Below, in pieces: positions 61,221 to 64,000 of a stretch of DNA of 64,000 nucleotides (the stretch's first letter is position 1; every line of letters begins with the position of its first letter). The notes under the pieces are model-generated. The model did not search any database, was not told the origin of the DNA, and saw only the letters and a program-made list of their open reading frames with translations. This stretch comes from an uncultured Dehalococcoidaceae bacterium (GTDB lineage: Bacteria; Chloroflexota; Dehalococcoidia; Dehalococcoidales; RBG-16-60-22). Location of the stretch: positions 70,588 through 134,587 of the forward strand of contig CAZBMB010000005.1 of the NCBI GenBank assembly GCA_964493435.1, in the 5' to 3' direction. The position numbers and the translations under genes are program-made.

Positions 61221-62609
61221 CTATAGATAAGGCGAAGCGCTGGTGAACTTAATGCCGAACTGGTCAGTTATCTCCCGTCTGATTTCAAGATACAGCTTCA
61301 GAAATTCTTGGTTCGGCTGGCCGGTTACCGGGTCGCAGCATTCCTGGTATTTCTGCCCAATCGGAGGTTCACGAAGCTGCGATTCATATTTCTCCAGCAG
61401 CGCCTTCAGGATATCATTGGCTTCTTTGCGGCCCATGCCGACCACAGCGTGTGCCACCTCGCTGGCCAGGAGAGGCTCCACCGGGCTGGTGTAGTCAAGG
61501 GCAGTACCTCTTGCCGAGGCTCCAACTTCAACTGAGCCGCCGGAGACCACCGAGGCGATAACCCAGGCGCAGTGCTCATAGAAAAGCATCTTGGTCATCG
61601 GGCCGGCGGCCGAATAGCCGACGTTAACCACCGGCAGGGTGCTGTTCCGCGTGACCGCCTGGTTGGACACGCTACGCGCCCAGACGGTGTCCCGTGCTGA
61701 GGTAACGCCAAGATCGAAATGGGTTGGGAAGGGGTGTTGCACGGCACCGCGCAGGATCAGCAGGTCCACCGGATTGTAGGCCGCCGTCACCACCGCCACG
61801 CCAGCCGGTCCGCCAGCCAGCCCGCCCAGAATGACCCCGTTCTCGGCAAAAATCAGGTTGCCAGCGGCCTGCGAAAAGGCTACCTTGTTCATGGTGTCAA
61901 AATCGACCTTCATCTCATGTATGGTACCGATTTCCAGCGCATCCGACCTGCGGATGCCAAAATAATGGGCGGCGATGTGCTCCTGAGCCCTGGCGGCGGT
62001 GGTAACACCGTTGACGATGGGCATCCCCGGACGGCCAGCACGGCGCATACCCTCACGAGTTAGCAATACCGCTCTGATGGCGCCCTCTATCCCCAGCGGG
62101 CTGCCACCCACTATCGGCTGCCCATTCACCTGAGTTAAACAGGGTATGGTGATGCCGTCCCCCAGTGGATTTTCGGCATGTGCTTTGACCAGGTTTACGT
62201 AGTGCAACTCCGAGGAAAGCGGTGAGGAGGTGGGGCCAACCGAACACCACGGCGGCAGGGTGTCTTCCGGAAAACGCCGTGGCATGACCCGGGTATCCTT
62301 GCCCTCACCAAAGACACGACCACACGGACCCGACGCCAGCGCGCCGTCTATCTCCTCGCGGCTGAAGAGAATCCGCCGCTCGGTATCAACGCAGTAGACA
62401 CCGGTCTCCCCCAGGAATTCCAGGCCCGCTTCCCAGACCCTGTCCGCCAGGTCATCGTCGGCGGGCACGGGATTTTCAGAGTCATATTTAATACCGTACT
62501 TCTCAATTACTTTACGCAAATTGGGCACTAAAATACCCAGGTCAAAATCTCGTTCCGTGCATATCGGGCCGCTTAGTGCCCTCTCCACAACCGTCCAGAA
62601 ACTTAACAT
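61221..62609 (-). CDS. MtmB-like protein without pyrrolysine, copy 3 (most diverged)
   Basis: 462 aa with the same N-terminal MLSF..VVERALSGPICTERDFDL, AGRPGMPIVNG, and a C-terminal ...SPYL. Confidence 0.75.
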   Translation of the reverse strand: MLSFWTVVERALSGPICTERDFDLGILVPNLRKVIEKYGIKYDSENPVPADDDLADRVWEAGLEFLGETGVYCVDTERRILFSREEIDGALASGPCGRVFGEGKDTRVMPRRFPEDTLPPWCSVGPTSSPLSSELHYVNLVKAHAENPLGDGITIPCLTQVNGQPIVGGSPLGIEGAIRAVLLTREGMRRAGRPGMPIVNGVTTAARAQEHIAAHYFGIRRSDALEIGTIHEMKVDFDTMNKVAFSQAAGNLIFAENGVILGGLAGGPAGVAVVTAAYNPVDLLILRGAVQHPFPTHFDLGVTSARDTVWARSVSNQAVTRNSTLPVVNVGYSAAGPMTKMLFYEHCAWVIASVVSGGSVEVGASARGTALDYTSPVEPLLASEVAHAVVGMGRKEANDILKALLEKYESQLREPPIGQKYQECCDPVTGQPNQEFLKLYLEIRREITDQFGIKFTSASPYL

Positions 62610-62623
62610 GCGCTGGCTCCTTC

Positions 62624-63277
62624 CTACTTCTGCGATATCGCCTTCATTGCCAGAGCGGCGGCGTCACCAGCCGTCCTGCCATAACCATCGGCGCCGATGC
62701 TGTCGGCCCACTCCTGGGTTGTCGAGCCGCCACCGACCAGGACACGGTACTTAGCACGCGCTCCGCGCGCCTCAAGGTGCTCGATGATGCTCTTTTGCTG
62801 CGGGATGGTGGTGCTCATCAGCGCCGAAGCAGCGATGATATCGGCGCCGACCTCCTCCGCTTTGGTAACAAAGGTGGAAGCGGTTACATCAACACCAAGG
62901 TCGAAAACCTCAAAGCCGTTCATCTTCAGCATCGCCCCGACGATGTTTTTCCCGATGGAATGGATATCTCCCTTCACCGTGCCGATAACCACCCGCCCCA
63001 CTTTCTTCCGCTCAATCCCTGACTCCAGCAGCTTTGGCTCCAGAATCTTCATCGCGCCTTCCCATGCCTCCGCTGCCATCATCATCTCCGGCAGGTAGAT
63101 TTCATACCGGGCGAAACGTTCGCCAACCTCTTTCATGCCCGGAGACATCCCCTTCTCAATGATATCCGACGGCGGGGTACCGCCTTTCAGGGCATCGGCC
63201 ACCACCTGCTCCAGGCCACTGCGGTCGCCGGCGATGATGGCATTGTACAATTGTTCAAAAATGGGCTTGTCTGGCAT
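62624..63277 (-). CDS. Cobalamin-binding corrinoid protein (MtmC/MtbC-like)
   Basis: 217 aa with a helical cap domain plus a B12-binding Rossmann domain. Contains GDIHSIGKN (DxHxxG), SALMSTT and VLVGGG. Confidence 0.9.
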   Translation of the reverse strand: MPDKPIFEQLYNAIIAGDRSGLEQVVADALKGGTPPSDIIEKGMSPGMKEVGERFARYEIYLPEMMMAAEAWEGAMKILEPKLLESGIERKKVGRVVIGTVKGDIHSIGKNIVGAMLKMNGFEVFDLGVDVTASTFVTKAEEVGADIIAASALMSTTIPQQKSIIEHLEARGARAKYRVLVGGGSTTQEWADSIGADGYGRTAGDAAALAMKAISQK

Positions 63278-63304
63278 TATTGACTCCTTTCCTGTTTGTA
63301 AATA

Positions 63305-64000
63305 TCAGAATAGACCTTCCCTCTTCAGACTCAGGTATTTCTGGTCCCCGATGATAACATGGTCCAAGACATCTATTCCCATAATCTCGCCCGCTTCGGC
63401 GAGTCGCTTGGTCAGCCCTATATCATCCTCGGAGGCTTCCGGGTCGCCGGAGGGGTGATTATGAACGAAGATAACCGAAGCGGCACTGGCGGAAACGGCC
63501 TCTTTGAATACCTCCCTGGGATGGACAATGCTGCTGTCCAAGCTGCCGATGGATATCTCGGCCGCCCGGATAAGCTGATTCCTGGTATCCAGGAGCAGGG
63601 CCATGAAGTATTCCTTCTTCTTGTCTTTTAGTCGGCCGCGCAGCAGCGAAACGACATCTTCAGGGGTTTTCACCACCTCCCTTTTCCCACTATCCTGGTA
63701 GCTTTCCAGCCGACTGGTCAGTTCAAAAGCAGCTTTTATCTGCGCCGCCTTGGCCAGACCGATTCCCCTGACTTTGGACAGCTCCTCAAGCGAGGCACCG
63801 GCAATTCCCTTGAGGCTGCCGAACTGGCTCAGAAGCCTCTGAGTGGTTACCATCACCGACTCGCCGGCGATGCCCCGGCCCAGAATAAGAGCCAGTATTT
63901 CCTGAGCCGAAAGCGCCTCGGCACCGAACTTCTGCAATCGCTCTCTCGGCCGCTCAGATACCGGCAAATCGTGGACGGTAAATGACTTTTTTACTTTATT
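63305..64000 (-). CDS. radC: RadC-family JAMM/MPN protein; 5' end probably just beyond window
   Basis: Contains SERPRERL, HhH-like GIGLAKA and JAMM motif HNHPSGDPEASEDD. The frame stays open to base 64000 (..KSFTVHDLPVSERP) with no start codon inside. Confidence 0.85.
   Translation of the reverse strand, partial: NKVKKSFTVHDLPVSERPRERLQKFGAEALSAQEILALILGRGIAGESVMVTTQRLLSQFGSLKGIAGASLEELSKVRGIGLAKAAQIKAAFELTSRLESYQDSGKREVVKTPEDVVSLLRGRLKDKKKEYFMALLLDTRNQLIRAAEISIGSLDSSIVHPREVFKEAVSASAASVIFVHNHPSGDPEASEDDIGLTKRLAEAGEIMGIDVLDHVIIGDQKYLSLKREGLF

Noticed and set aside
58374-62609. In-frame TAG (pyrrolysine) read-through in the MtmB-like genes
   Set aside because: All three ORFs are uninterrupted from start to a C-terminal ...SPY(L/V) plus stop, and no internal TAG exists. 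No pyl genes appear in the window.

Overview
64-kb chromosomal segment of an anaerobe-type bacterium. It is densely coded on both strands and looks mid-50s % GC by eye. I saw no rRNA, CRISPR array, transposase or integrase, and I cannot assign a taxon from sequence alone. In order, the window contains: (1) a formate dehydrogenase cluster (fdhA partial, fdhB, cytochrome b subunit, fdhE) fused to a full hypFCDEAB [NiFe]-hydrogenase maturation set. (2) An epimerase-like gene, then an NSS-family transporter with a tiny MetS-like partner ORF. (3) A 575-bp gap holding divergent promoters and an unassigned, promoter-to-terminator structured RNA candidate. (4) A pentose-phosphate cluster (rpe, pgi, rpiB, tkt). 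(5) ccdA and a resA-like gene, a Cas4-like PD-(D/E)XK nuclease, a class-III aminotransferase and serA. (6) A tandem glycine riboswitch driving gcvH-gcvPA-gcvPB-lipB. (7) ligA, pth, eno and gap. (8) A four-gene module of two paralogous tubulin/FtsZ-superfamily (CetZ-like) GTPases bracketing two Ala/Glu-rich coiled-coil repeat proteins. (9) dnaX-ybaB-recR, recO, lysS, serS, corA, tRNA-Ser(UGA) and a pseudouridine synthase. (10) An orphan solute-binding protein, an IDH/IPMDH-family dehydrogenase, an HPP protein, an Fe-S aldo/keto reductase and a hydrolase. (11) A putative sugar-acid trio (DapA-family lyase, enolase-superfamily enzyme, PTE-family hydrolase). (12) A corrinoid protein followed by three tandem non-pyrrolysine MtmB-like methyltransferases, and radC (partial). 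The two most unusual systems are the CetZ-like/coiled-coil module (35.1-40.7 kb) and the triplicated non-Pyl MtmB-like methyltransferase cluster (58.4-63.3 kb). All family assignments come from motif recognition by eye and memory, with no database searches.
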